From assembly GCA_049424145.1 (NCBI GenBank), contig JBMSSC010000016.1, positions 1 through 30,743 on the forward strand: a stretch of 30,743 nucleotides of DNA, in the 5' to 3' direction. The notes below the pieces were generated by a model. That model did not search any database, had not been told where the DNA came from, and was given only the letters and a program-made list of their open reading frames with translations. Origin of the DNA: Bdellovibrionia bacterium (GTDB taxonomy: Bacteria; Bdellovibrionota; UBA1018). Shown here piece by piece: positions 8,414-17,802 of the stretch; position 1 is the stretch's first letter, and every line of letters begins with the position of its first letter. The position numbers and the translations under genes are program-made.

Positions 8414-9239
8414 TATCGGCAACACGCAGACGGTGATTGGGTATTTCATCCACGGCCAATTGCAGCGCCAGTGGAGGGTGTCCACTCATCCTCTGTGCAC
8501 CGCAGATGAGTTTCTATTGAAACTCGAGGGCATGTTATCGTCCTCTCAGATTTCGCTGCGCTCAATTGACACGATCCTCACCTCTTCAGTTGTACCGGCG
8601 TTCTCAAAGATGCTCGAAGCGGCCTTTCGAGGGAAACGCTTTTACCGAATCGACTGGCAGGCTCCGTTTTCATTTCAGTTAGCGGTGGATACGCCTCAGG
8701 AAGTAGGAGCGGATCGCCTGGTGAATGCGGAGGCAGCCGTTCGGCACTATGGATTTCCGAGCATCATTGTGGACTCAGGAACCGCAACCACGATCTGTGC
8801 TGTGGGTCAAACGAACCGGGGAGAGCCCGTGTACCTTGGGGGAGCCATTATTCCGGGCATTGAGCTTTCAATGCAGGCTCTGGCACAAAAGGCCGCCCAG
8901 CTCTACAGCATTGAGTTGACACCGCCTAAAAAAGCCATTGGCTCCAACACCAGAGAAGCCTTACGCAGTGGACTCCTTTTGGGCTATGCCTGCTTGATTG
9001 ATGGGATGGTCAAGCGATTTCAAAAGGAGCTCCACTTGGAGTCTGCTCCCGTAATCGCAACCGGAGGCGTGAGCTACTTAATGAAGGACCTCACACAAAG
9101 CATCACGCACTTTGATCCCGATTTGACACTGAAAGGAATCGCTTCACTTTATGGATCCCTGGGTTCAAGATCATCTCAGAGCGAGTTTAACGGGCAAGAA
9201 AATTTTACTCGGGATCACGGGGAGCATCGCCGCATTTAA
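8397..9239 (+). CDS. coaX: Type III pantothenate kinase
   Basis: LAIDIGNT, SSVVP, EVGADR, IVDSGTATT, GGAIIPG, VIATGG, LTLKG. Confidence 0.95.
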   Translation: MFLAIDIGNTQTVIGYFIHGQLQRQWRVSTHPLCTADEFLLKLEGMLSSSQISLRSIDTILTSSVVPAFSKMLEAAFRGKRFYRIDWQAPFSFQLAVDTPQEVGADRLVNAEAAVRHYGFPSIIVDSGTATTICAVGQTNRGEPVYLGGAIIPGIELSMQALAQKAAQLYSIELTPPKKAIGSNTREALRSGLLLGYACLIDGMVKRFQKELHLESAPVIATGGVSYLMKDLTQSITHFDPDLTLKGIASLYGSLGSRSSQSEFNGQENFTRDHGEHRRI

Positions 9240-10452
9240 GGCCTGTGACGTGATCCGATTTCTTCGAGCCTGTGGGGCTCAAGTGCGAGTTGTGCTCTCA
9301 GAGGGAGCAGAGAACTTTGTCACTGCAACCACCCTGGAGACACTCTCAGACGAGCCAGTGAACCAGAGTTTTTGGGTTCAGCCTCATCAACTGGGTAGCC
9401 CGATTCGTCATGGAACTCACCACATTGCCACAGCCCGGTGGGCCGATTTGATTCTTGTGGCTCCAGCGACGGCGCACTTTTTAGCCAAAGCGGCGTTAGG
9501 ACTCGCCGATGACCTCTTGTGCACGGAGCTTTTAGCTTTTTCGGGCCCCTTGCTCGTGGTGCCTGCGATGAATCCTACGATGTTTCAACACCCAGCGGTT
9601 CAGCAGAACGTGCGCACGCTTGAGCAAAGAGGGGTGGAGATCTTAGGTCCAACCTGGGGCGCAACCTCATGCGGGGAGGAGGGCTTAGGGCGGATGCTCG
9701 AGCCTGATCGGATCGTTGAAGAAGTGGCTCAGACGTTTTACCAAAAGCCGACGGGCAAGAAACTCCTCATCTCTCTTGGACCCACCCAAAGCCGATTGGA
9801 TCCCGTGCGCTTCCTCAGCAATCGATCCAGTGGCAAAATGGGAGCCTCGCTTTGCTGGGCTGCACGGGAGGCAGGTTTTCAGGTCACAGCGATCTGTGGC
9901 CCCCTGAGCTCAAAACTCCCTCAAAGCACAGGCCCGGGCTCTGCGCTTGAGATCATTCACGTGGAGACCGCCCAAGCCATGAGCGAGGCGGTCTTAAGCC
10001 ACTGGAGCCATTCTGATGCCTATCTGGGCGCCGCCGCCGTTCTGGATTGGGAGTTCAAAAACCCGAGCTCCCAGAAGCTGAAGAAAGAAGATGGCCCCCC
10101 CAGAGTGGAGTTTCAAAAAACGAGGGACCTTCTGGCCGAAGTTTGCCTCAGAAAGGCACCTCATCAGTGGGTCTTAGGCTTTGCCGCTGAGACGGACCAC
10201 CCGCTGGAGCATGGACGCAGTAAATTGAAGAGAAAAAACTGTGACGCCCTATTTGTCAATGATGTCTCCCAAGAGGGTTTAGGATTTGACTCCACGCAAA
10301 ATGCCGGCTGGTGGATGGAACCGAGCGGGCGTTGTGAGGAGATTTCAGCCCGCCCCAAATCCGAGGTTGCACGATGGATCATAAGAGAAGTCACTCAAGC
10401 ACTCAAAGTACTCTGCTCCCCGTCCCCCCCCTCTGACAACCAAGGACTTTAA
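9151..10452 (+). CDS. coaBC: Bifunctional phosphopantothenoylcysteine decarboxylase / phosphopantothenate-cysteine ligase
   Basis: GITGSIAAFK, APATA, PAMN-x-x-M, CGEEG-x-GRM, DPVRFLSNRSSGKMG, GFAAET, NDVS...GF. Confidence 0.96.
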   Translation: MDPWVQDHLRASLTGKKILLGITGSIAAFKACDVIRFLRACGAQVRVVLSEGAENFVTATTLETLSDEPVNQSFWVQPHQLGSPIRHGTHHIATARWADLILVAPATAHFLAKAALGLADDLLCTELLAFSGPLLVVPAMNPTMFQHPAVQQNVRTLEQRGVEILGPTWGATSCGEEGLGRMLEPDRIVEEVAQTFYQKPTGKKLLISLGPTQSRLDPVRFLSNRSSGKMGASLCWAAREAGFQVTAICGPLSSKLPQSTGPGSALEIIHVETAQAMSEAVLSHWSHSDAYLGAAAVLDWEFKNPSSQKLKKEDGPPRVEFQKTRDLLAEVCLRKAPHQWVLGFAAETDHPLEHGRSKLKRKNCDALFVNDVSQEGLGFDSTQNAGWWMEPSGRCEEISARPKSEVARWIIREVTQALKVLCSPSPPSDNQGL

Positions 10453-11370
10453 ATGATCCACCACCGCGCACCCCAAGTCATCTCCAGCCTGAAGGAAATT
10501 CGCCAGTGGCGGAGCGACGCTCAGGGCCTCAAGAAGGGATCATCCGAGAAAGTCACCATTGGCTTGGTTCCCACCATGGGGGCTTTACACGAGGGGCATG
10601 CCCACTTGCTCAGAACGCTCAGACCCCGGTGTGACCTTGCCGTTCTTTCCATCTTCGTCAACCCTTTGCAGTTTGGTGCGGGAGAGGATTTAAAGACCTA
10701 TCCCAGAACCTGGGAAGAGGACCTACGGATTGCTGAGCGCGAGGGCGTGGATGTGGTGTTTGCCCCCGAGGCGCAGGAACTCTACCCTCACGGCTTTAGT
10801 ACTCAAGTCGAAGAGACTCAGCTCAGCGTACCCTTGTGTGGAGCGTTTCGTCCGGGGCATTTTCGCGGGGTGAGCACCATTGTGCTCAAGCTCTTCCACC
10901 TGGTTCAACCTCATCTGGCGCTCTTTGGGCTCAAGGACGTCCAGCAATTCTTTGTCTTAAAAAAAATGGTAGAAGACCTCAACCTGAACATCCATGTGGA
11001 AGGGGTCCCCACAGTTCGGGAATCCAGCGGACTTGCACTCTCCTCACGCAATCGTTACCTCAGTCGTGAAGAAGCCGAAAAAGCCCCCCTCCTCTATCAG
11101 TGTTTAAACCGAATCCAAGCCCAAGCCCAAAAGATCAATCCTGCTCTGAGTCCCAATGAGGGACGGGAGCAGATATTCAGACTTCTGACATTGACCCAGG
11201 AGCAATTACAGAACGCAGGCTTTAGGGTTCAGTACTTGGAATTACGACGAGTCGAGGATCTTTCGCCGATTAAAGACGGTATAAAACCCGGAGAATCCTA
11301 CGTAGTGGCTGCGGCCGCATTTCTCGGGCGCACCCGACTCATTGACAACGTGATTTTTTCAACCACCTAA
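10453..11370 (+). CDS. panC: Pantoate--beta-alanine ligase
   Basis: VPTMGALHEGH, SIFVNPLQF, RPGHFRGV, FGLKD-x-QQ, GLALSSRN, RLIDN. Confidence 0.97.
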   Translation: MIHHRAPQVISSLKEIRQWRSDAQGLKKGSSEKVTIGLVPTMGALHEGHAHLLRTLRPRCDLAVLSIFVNPLQFGAGEDLKTYPRTWEEDLRIAEREGVDVVFAPEAQELYPHGFSTQVEETQLSVPLCGAFRPGHFRGVSTIVLKLFHLVQPHLALFGLKDVQQFFVLKKMVEDLNLNIHVEGVPTVRESSGLALSSRNRYLSREEAEKAPLLYQCLNRIQAQAQKINPALSPNEGREQIFRLLTLTQEQLQNAGFRVQYLELRRVEDLSPIKDGIKPGESYVVAAAAFLGRTRLIDNVIFSTT

Positions 11371-11418
11371 AGACAAAAAAAATCAACTCAACCCCTCAGC
11401 AGGGGTGAAAGCCCCCAC

Positions 11419-12225
11419 TCAGTGCTTCAGCGCCTGACTGAGTCCACCCTCTTGAACTGGGAGCCCAGCGGACGATTTCTCCCCCGCTCCTTGGCGGGCC
11501 TCCGAAGATGCACCTCCTCTTGAGCTGGAACGAGAATGGTTCTTTTTAGGAAACGTAATCTTCACCGACAGCATGGACTGCCGACCTTGAAGGGCTTCTC
11601 TTGGGATCTCAGGCAAAACCTGAAATACAATGGAAGAATTTCCATCTGCCTCAACGGGAACGCACTCACGCCTGCCGAGCTCCTTGGCGTAAGCATGCTT
11701 CATTCGTTGGATGAATGCTTCGGTCTGGACTTGCTTTTCCTCAGGCCGCACGTCTACGGTTGTTTGGCCGTCCTTCTCGTCCAAATCCTCCTCAGAGGCA
11801 TTCTGTGAGTCAGGACTTCCCACTTTAATCACCATGTTGCTGGTCAGGTTTCGATTTAATTTAAAACAAAGAGTCTTCGTACTCATCATTCTACGACTCG
11901 GATTGCGTTTCTCCTGTTGACCCTCCTCATCCGAACTCGGCTCCTCAGAACTACCGTCCTCGGAAGATAAATCCATTTCAAAAATAATCTCATCGTCATC
12001 CGAGTGACGATCCGGACGCAAGTAATGAACCTGAATTCCCTCAAGAATCGTGGTGGGCCTTGCAATCGACGAACTCGCTACAGCCCCAGAGACTGACGCC
12101 TTGTCATCTTCCTGCCCTGCCAAAACTAGCCTTGAATCGACCAAAAGAGCCAAGGCAAAAAATTGAAATCCAAACAAAATAGAACTGTATTTATTTTTAT
12201 TCATATATTTATATTTATTTTTCAC
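11419..12225 (-). CDS. Hypothetical secreted protein with acidic/Ser-rich segments
   Basis: 268-codon ORF with a basic N-terminus, hydrophobic core and VLA|G cleavage-like site. No recognisable domain. Confidence 0.65.
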   Translation of the reverse strand: MKNKYKYMNKNKYSSILFGFQFFALALLVDSRLVLAGQEDDKASVSGAVASSSIARPTTILEGIQVHYLRPDRHSDDDEIIFEMDLSSEDGSSEEPSSDEEGQQEKRNPSRRMMSTKTLCFKLNRNLTSNMVIKVGSPDSQNASEEDLDEKDGQTTVDVRPEEKQVQTEAFIQRMKHAYAKELGRRECVPVEADGNSSIVFQVLPEIPREALQGRQSMLSVKITFPKKNHSRSSSRGGASSEARQGAGEKSSAGLPVQEGGLSQALKH

Positions 12226-12444
12226 TCATCAACTCAATGTCACGCTTCAATGCTTGAACTCTTCCATACCTGATGGATTATTGAAATCCATCTCTGACTC
12301 ATGACTTGTTCATTTACTTCCTTACCGCATTTACTTTAAAGGAGACGTCTTCTACCCCAAAAAAAAATAAAAGTAAATATAAATAGAAGAAAATTAAATA
12401 CTCCATTTCATAGATCTTAATGATTCCCATTTTATCGAGTTCTA

Positions 12445-12499
12445 TCAGGCACTTAGAGCAGAACAAAGAGAGCTCAACTAGACCACTCCAAGTGCCTGA
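12445..12499. repeat. 14-bp inverted repeat (one mismatch, 27-nt spacer) in the divergent intergenic region
   Basis: TCAGGCACTTAGAG (12445-12458) versus CTCCAAGTGCCTGA (12486-12499). Confidence 0.7.
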
Positions 12500-12608
12500 G
12501 ATCACCTCACTCATCAAAAAAAGTCCAAAAATCAGACCCCCTCATTAAGCCCCAGCCCGATTCCTGACCCGGATTGCCTCCCGATTCCCAAATCGACTGA
12601 CTCTCAGG

Positions 12609-12624
12609 TGGCATGGTTTTCGCT
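12609..12624 (+). promoter_or_regulatory. Putative sigma54 (-24/-12) promoter
   Basis: TGGCATGGTTTTCGCT versus consensus TGGCACGNNNNTTGCW. GG and GC are correctly spaced, ending 17 nt before ATG 12642. Confidence 0.55.
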
Positions 12625-12641
12625 TTTTCTTCATCTCATTC

Positions 12642-13142
12642 ATGGGAAAACAACTTGTTGAACGAAGCCTCAGTCCAATCACCGACCGCAAATGGTACCT
12701 TGTGGCCGAACGCTCCCAGGTGCGCATCTACCAACAGCGCGAAGACCAGCCCTTCTCCTTTCTCACTCGACTGGAAAACCCACTGGCACGAATGACAGAA
12801 AGTGAGCTGGTCTCTGACCGCCCCGGTCGTGGCTTTGGTAACACGGGAAAAACCTCCGCAGGAAAACGCACACAGCGGCATGGCTATGACAATGAGGTCT
12901 CGCAGCACACCCACGTCGTCCTACAATTCACCCGCAGAGTGGCAACGTTTCTCAAGCAATCGGCACAGCACAATGAGTACACTGAGCTCATTGTTCTTGC
13001 AGAACCCAGACTCCTGGGCCTCCTCCGGCGCGCACTGCCTGATTCAGTTCGGGCGCGAATCACACATGAGATTCCCCACGAGTTTGCTCAAGGCTCAGAC
13101 CAGGCGCTTTATCAGTACATTTGCCAAAAATTAAAATTCTAA
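12642..13142 (+). CDS. Host attachment protein family (AtsE-like / baeRF12 release-factor-fold protein)
   Basis: WYLVAERSQVRIY, ELVSDRPGRGF, F-x-R-x-VA-x-x-L, LIVLAEPRLLGLLRRAL: characteristic Host_attach motifs. Confidence 0.85.
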   Translation: MGKQLVERSLSPITDRKWYLVAERSQVRIYQQREDQPFSFLTRLENPLARMTESELVSDRPGRGFGNTGKTSAGKRTQRHGYDNEVSQHTHVVLQFTRRVATFLKQSAQHNEYTELIVLAEPRLLGLLRRALPDSVRARITHEIPHEFAQGSDQALYQYICQKLKF

Positions 13143-13206
13143 AGCCAACTCACTGAAATCCAAGAAAGCCATGAAGCGATAGCGATAAAAACAAGGAAAG
13201 AGAAAT

Positions 13207-13256
13207 AAAAAAAACCGGCCTAAGATCACTCTGAATGAGTGCTCCTTAGGCCGGTT
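13207..13256 (-). terminator. Intrinsic terminator of the ribosomal superoperon
   Basis: Minus strand AACCGGCCTAAG-GAGCACTC-ATTCA-GAGTGATC-TTAGGCCGGTT running into a T tract, 50 nt after the rplQ stop. Confidence 0.85.
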
Positions 13257-13305
13257 CATCGAATTCGTTAGACTCGCTTGAAAAGCGTGAGCCTAAAACT
13301 CAGAA

Positions 13306-13908
13306 CTAACTGCTACTTCCGCCTGACTTGCTGCTTCCGCCGCCAGCCATGGTCTTACGAGCAGCGCCTGACTTTGCCGGACCCTTGCCCGCTTTTCCCT
13401 TGCCTGCGTTCTTCGGCTGAAAAAGCTTCCTAAACTTCCCAAACGGATCCTTTGCTTGAGCCGCTGACTTTTGCGCCGCATCCTCAGAAGAGGCTGCTTC
13501 AGCACTCACCGCGTCACCTGCCTTAGGCTTCCGCTTGCGATCCAAAACAGGATGATCCACAAGCTCCAACACGGCCATTTCAGCTGCATCGCCCCAACGA
13601 CGATCCGAGACCTTCAACACGCGCGTGTATCCACCAGCGCGAGCCTTATAGCGCTCCGAAAGGGTCGTAAACAACTTACGAACCACCAAGTCATTGCGGG
13701 TGCGGTCAAAAGCAAGCCGTCGTGAGGCAGGCGTTCCGCTTTTCCCTAGGGTAATTAAACGGTCCACCACGCGCCTAACTTCTTTTGCTTTTTGAACGGT
13801 CGTGATGATCTGTTCTTTCTCGATCACCGAATTAGCCATATTTCTAAACATCGCCACTCGGTGGGACGTATTCCGACCGAACTTCCGGCCGTCGACACTA
13901 TGCTTCAT
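13306..13908 (-). CDS. rplQ: 50S ribosomal protein L17 with ~80-aa C-terminal extension
   Basis: GRKFGRNTSHRVAMFRN, TTVQKAKE, GGYTRVLK, RWGDAAEMAVLELV. Confidence 0.97.
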   Translation of the reverse strand: MKHSVDGRKFGRNTSHRVAMFRNMANSVIEKEQIITTVQKAKEVRRVVDRLITLGKSGTPASRRLAFDRTRNDLVVRKLFTTLSERYKARAGGYTRVLKVSDRRWGDAAEMAVLELVDHPVLDRKRKPKAGDAVSAEAASSEDAAQKSAAQAKDPFGKFRKLFQPKNAGKGKAGKGPAKSGAARKTMAGGGSSKSGGSSS

Positions 13909-13926
13909 AAATACTCCTCAATTCCT

Positions 13927-15018
13927 TTAATCCTCAAAGTCTTCTTCTTCGTCTTCAGCCGATTCATCAAACTCATCGGATCGCTTTCCAGCAAGTTTGG
14001 CTTCCTCGACATCTGCTTCAGCCGACTTCGCAGGCTGAGACGGTGCCACAAATCCATCGAGCTTCATCCCCAAGCTCAAGCCCATCTCACCTAAGATGTC
14101 CTTGATCTCATTGAGAGATTTGCGACCAAAGTTTTTGGTCTTCAACATCTCCGACTCAGTCTTTTGAACCAGCTCGTAGATGTACTTGATGTTGGCGTTC
14201 TGTAAGCAGTTGGCGGAACGCACCGAAAGCTCTAGCTCCTCCACGGACCGATAGAGATTTGGGTTGAACTGTGAACTGCCCTCTTCCTTGGCTTGAGCAA
14301 TCGGTTCAGGCTCTTCTTCAAAGTTCAAGAACACGGAAAGCTGATCCTTTAAGATCTTCGAACCTAATGAAACAGCATCCTCAGGTTGAACCGAGCCATC
14401 GGTCCAAACTTCCAACGTGAGCTTATCGAAGTCGGTCCTCTGACCCACGCGGCTCTGAGTGACCGTGTAGTTCACTCGACGAATGGGGGAGAAAAAACTA
14501 TCAATGGGGATCCAACCCACTGGCATATCATCCGATTTATTGGCCTCAGCCGGACGGTAGCCCCGTCCGCGAGCCACTTGAATCTCAGCCTTCAATTTCC
14601 CACCGTCGCCCAAGGTGGCGATGACTTGGTTGGGATTCAGGACACGAACGTGCTCAGGCACAATCATATCCGAAGCCTTCACTTCACATGGACCCACGCG
14701 ATCAATTAAGACCGTAGCCTGCTCGGCTCCCTGCAACTGAAAACGAACTTCCTTCAAGTTCAAGATAATCTCAGCCACATCCTGCTTCACATCGGGGATG
14801 GAGGAAAACTCGTGAACGACGCCATCCACTTTCACGGCCGTCACAGCCGCCCCTTGCAGGGACGAAAGCAGCACTCGCCTTAACGAATTGCCTAAAGTTA
14901 ATCCGAAGCCACGCTCCAATGGCTTAGCAATGAACTTCCCGTATCCACTGGTCAGGCTTTCCTTATCGACATCCAGCGCCTTGGGCTTAATCAAATCACG
15001 CCAATTTTTCTCTAACAT
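13927..15018 (-). CDS. rpoA: RNA polymerase alpha subunit (acidic C-terminal tail)
   Basis: [62 protein letters not shown]. Confidence 0.98.
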   Translation of the reverse strand: MLEKNWRDLIKPKALDVDKESLTSGYGKFIAKPLERGFGLTLGNSLRRVLLSSLQGAAVTAVKVDGVVHEFSSIPDVKQDVAEIILNLKEVRFQLQGAEQATVLIDRVGPCEVKASDMIVPEHVRVLNPNQVIATLGDGGKLKAEIQVARGRGYRPAEANKSDDMPVGWIPIDSFFSPIRRVNYTVTQSRVGQRTDFDKLTLEVWTDGSVQPEDAVSLGSKILKDQLSVFLNFEEEPEPIAQAKEEGSSQFNPNLYRSVEELELSVRSANCLQNANIKYIYELVQKTESEMLKTKNFGRKSLNEIKDILGEMGLSLGMKLDGFVAPSQPAKSAEADVEEAKLAGKRSDEFDESAEDEEEDFED

Positions 15019-15097
15019 GGTTCTCTCCTGTCATCCCCTCGCTCCAAGCCTCGTTTGGCTGACTCAACTTGGGAGCCATGCGGGGAGTATTCAAGTG

Positions 15098-15724
15098 TTA
15101 TTTCGAATACAGCTCAACAACTAAGCGTTCTTCCATCGGTGCAGTCACGTCATCGCGCGATGGCAAATCCCGGACCTTCGACTTCATATTGGCAGCATCC
15201 AGCTCCAACCACTGTGGAATTTCTCGACGACGAACCGCTTCTAATGCGCCTGCAATTCGGGTCATCTTCTTGCTCTTCTCACGAACCTCAATCAAATCCC
15301 CTTTATCCACTAGGTAAGAGGGAATGTTGACTTTCTTTCCGTTGACCGAAAAATGGCCGTGACGGACCAAGTGACGAGCTTCTGTGCGAGAATTCGCAAA
15401 CCCTGTGCGATAAGCCACGTTATCTAAACGGCGCTCCAAAGCCACTAAGAGGTTCGAACCCGTCACGCCCTTCGCGCGATCGGCCTTCTCAAACACACTG
15501 CGGAACTGACGCTCGAGCAAGCCATAGATTCTTTTAATCTTCTGCTTTTCGCGGAGCTGTAGCCCGTACTCAGAGAACTTAATACGTCCCTGACCGTGCT
15601 GACCGGGTGGGTAACCGCGGCGTTCAAACGAACACTTATCCGTGTAACAGCGGTCCCCTTTTAAAAACAATTTCTGATTTTCACGACGGCAAAGCCGGCA
15701 TACTGAACCAATGCAACGTGCCAT
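15098..15724 (-). CDS. rpsD: 30S ribosomal protein S4 (Zn-binding type)
   Basis: [16 protein letters not shown]...[32 protein letters not shown]. Confidence 0.98.
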   Translation of the reverse strand: MARCIGSVCRLCRRENQKLFLKGDRCYTDKCSFERRGYPPGQHGQGRIKFSEYGLQLREKQKIKRIYGLLERQFRSVFEKADRAKGVTGSNLLVALERRLDNVAYRTGFANSRTEARHLVRHGHFSVNGKKVNIPSYLVDKGDLIEVREKSKKMTRIAGALEAVRRREIPQWLELDAANMKSKVRDLPSRDDVTAPMEERLVVELYSK

Positions 15725-15727
15725 ATA

Positions 15728-16174
15728 CTACACCCTTCTTCGTTTTGGCGGACGGCAACCATTATGAGGGATCGGAGTCACATCTTCAATAAAGCTGACA
15801 CGCAAACCTACTGATGCCAATGCCCGGAGAGCGGATTCTCGACCTGCCCCTGGACCACTTACAAACACCTGAACTTGACGCATTCCGTTTTCCACGGCTT
15901 TTCTACCTGCATCCTCAGCTGCAACCTGGGCTGCAAATGGAGTGTTTTTGCGGGACCCGCGAAACCCTTTTCCACCTGCACTGGACCAACAAATTGCGTT
16001 ACCCATGCTATCGGTAATCGTCACGATGGTATTGTTAAAAGAAGAAAGAATATAAACGTTCCCGGAGAATACGTTCTTCTTTCCCTTCTTCACTTTCTTT
16101 ACCGCTCCTTCAACAGCCACTGCGGCAGGAGCTTCTTTTTTCGTTTGTGCTTTTTCTGTTTTTTGTTCAGACAT
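15728..16174 (-). CDS. rpsK: 30S ribosomal protein S11
   Basis: [50 protein letters not shown]. Confidence 0.98.
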   Translation of the reverse strand: MSEQKTEKAQTKKEAPAAVAVEGAVKKVKKGKKNVFSGNVYILSSFNNTIVTITDSMGNAICWSSAGGKGFRGSRKNTPFAAQVAAEDAGRKAVENGMRQVQVFVSGPGAGRESALRALASVGLRVSFIEDVTPIPHNGCRPPKRRRV

Positions 16175-16180
16175 AATATC

Positions 16181-16564
16181 CTACTTCAACGCCTTCACGG
16201 ATTTCTTACCTGCAATCGCAACGGCTGGGCCCTTACGAGTCCGAGCATTCGAATGAGTTCTCTGACCGCGAACCGGTAAGCTCTTTCGATGTCGGATCCC
16301 ACGGTAACATCCCAAATCCACCAAGCGCTTAATGCTCAAGCTCACTTCGCGGCGGAGATCCCCTTCAACCCGAATCGTCCGATCGATGATTTCACGGACT
16401 TTTGCCACTTCCACTTCGGTCAATCCATCGGTTCTCTTATTGAGATCGATCTTTGCCTCGGTTAAAATTCTTTTTGCCATTGGACGACCCACTCCATAAA
16501 TATAAGTGAGTGCCACTTCCATTCGCTTATTGCGTGGGAGATCAACTCCCGCGATACGAGCCAC
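16181..16564 (-). CDS. rpsM: 30S ribosomal protein S13
   Basis: [42 protein letters not shown] start. Confidence 0.98.
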   Translation of the reverse strand: MARIAGVDLPRNKRMEVALTYIYGVGRPMAKRILTEAKIDLNKRTDGLTEVEVAKVREIIDRTIRVEGDLRREVSLSIKRLVDLGCYRGIRHRKSLPVRGQRTHSNARTRKGPAVAIAGKKSVKALK

Positions 16565-16599
16565 GCGCTACCTTCCTTTCAACTACTAACCGTTAAATC

Positions 16600-16713
16600 C
16601 TAACCCTGCCTTTGTTTGTGGCGCGGATTTTCACAAATCACGCGAACCACGCCCTTACGCCGAATTACTTTGCACTTATCACAGATTTTCTTAACTGACG
16701 CTCGAACCTTCAT
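16600..16713 (-). CDS. rpmJ: 50S ribosomal protein L36 (Zn-binding type); not in the ORF track
   Basis: Manual translation [37 protein letters not shown] (37 aa), GGAG SD upstream. Confidence 0.97.
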   Translation of the reverse strand: MKVRASVKKICDKCKVIRRKGVVRVICENPRHKQRQG

Positions 16714-16980
16714 AACTTCTCCATCTTACTTAAGACTCACTTCAGTCTCACATAAGCCAAAAACCCAAGGCTTTCCACCTTAAGCTTCAAACACCACCAT
16801 CTCTATTGTGATGAACTGCGATGAATTCATGGGGCTTTCTTGAATCTTGATTCTCGATTCTCGGTAGTAGCCAGGAAGTAGCGTGATCAGCGGATGCGAT
16901 TGAACTAACCCGTCTTACTAATACTACTCAGACCGACTGAAGACCTACTGAACTCACTTGCTCTCACTTACTCCCTTTTT

Positions 16981-17730
16981 CTATGCCAAAGTCAAAATCT
17001 CTGGGCCTTTTTCGGTAATCGCAACCGTATGCTCGAAATGAGCAGACCAGGAATGATCGACCGTAACTGCAGTCCAACCATCCTTGAGTACTTTTACTTC
17101 GTGACTTCCAGCATTGACCATCGGCTCGATTGCGAGAACCATGCCGACTTTCAACAAAATTCCTTTACCTTTTGGCCCATAATTCGGCACTTGAGGTTCT
17201 TCATGAAGCGCTCGACCTATGCCATGACCAACGAACTCCCTTACCACGCCGTAACCAAATCTTTCAACATAATTTTGTACTGCGTGCCCAATATCAAAAA
17301 TTCGATTCCCTGCTCGACACTGCTCAATTCCGAGCCTGAGACTCTCCTCCGTCACACTGAGTAGGTTCTGGACCTCAGGAGCAATCTTTCCTACCGCCAC
17401 CGTACGAGCCGAATCTCCGAACCACCCATCCAGGCTCACCCCAAAGTCAAGCCCAATCACGTCGCCTTCCTTTAAGATCCGCTGCGCGGAAGGGATTCCG
17501 TGGACAATCTCGTTATTAATCGAACTGCAAAGAGTGGCCGGAAATCCATGATAGCCCTTAAACGCAGGCTTCACTTTCAGCTCCTTACAACGGGACTCAG
17601 CATACCGGTCCAACTCAGCCGTTGAAATCCCAGGTGCGACCATAGCCACCATCTCCGCTAGGATCTTGGCCACCACCTGCCCGGCTTTTCTCATCTGCTC
17701 GATTTCTCGGGGGGACTTTAACGTAATCAT
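16981..17730 (-). CDS. map: Type I methionine aminopeptidase
   Basis: PAFKGYHGFP, VHGIPS, DFG...GDSA, GHGIG..LHEEP, AIEPM, SAHFEHT. Confidence 0.97.
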   Translation of the reverse strand: MITLKSPREIEQMRKAGQVVAKILAEMVAMVAPGISTAELDRYAESRCKELKVKPAFKGYHGFPATLCSSINNEIVHGIPSAQRILKEGDVIGLDFGVSLDGWFGDSARTVAVGKIAPEVQNLLSVTEESLRLGIEQCRAGNRIFDIGHAVQNYVERFGYGVVREFVGHGIGRALHEEPQVPNYGPKGKGILLKVGMVLAIEPMVNAGSHEVKVLKDGWTAVTVDHSWSAHFEHTVAITEKGPEILTLA

Positions 17731-17802
17731 CGTTTATCCTAATTCAACAACCTTTCATTCCTAGGACTGCAACTGCGTCGCCTTCCGGATGCCTCACCCC
17801 AC

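Noticed and set aside
16714..16980. CRISPR array or infA remnant
   Set aside because: Repeats are 7-11 nt, adjacent and mutually different, with no spacers; no IF-1-like translation was recognised.
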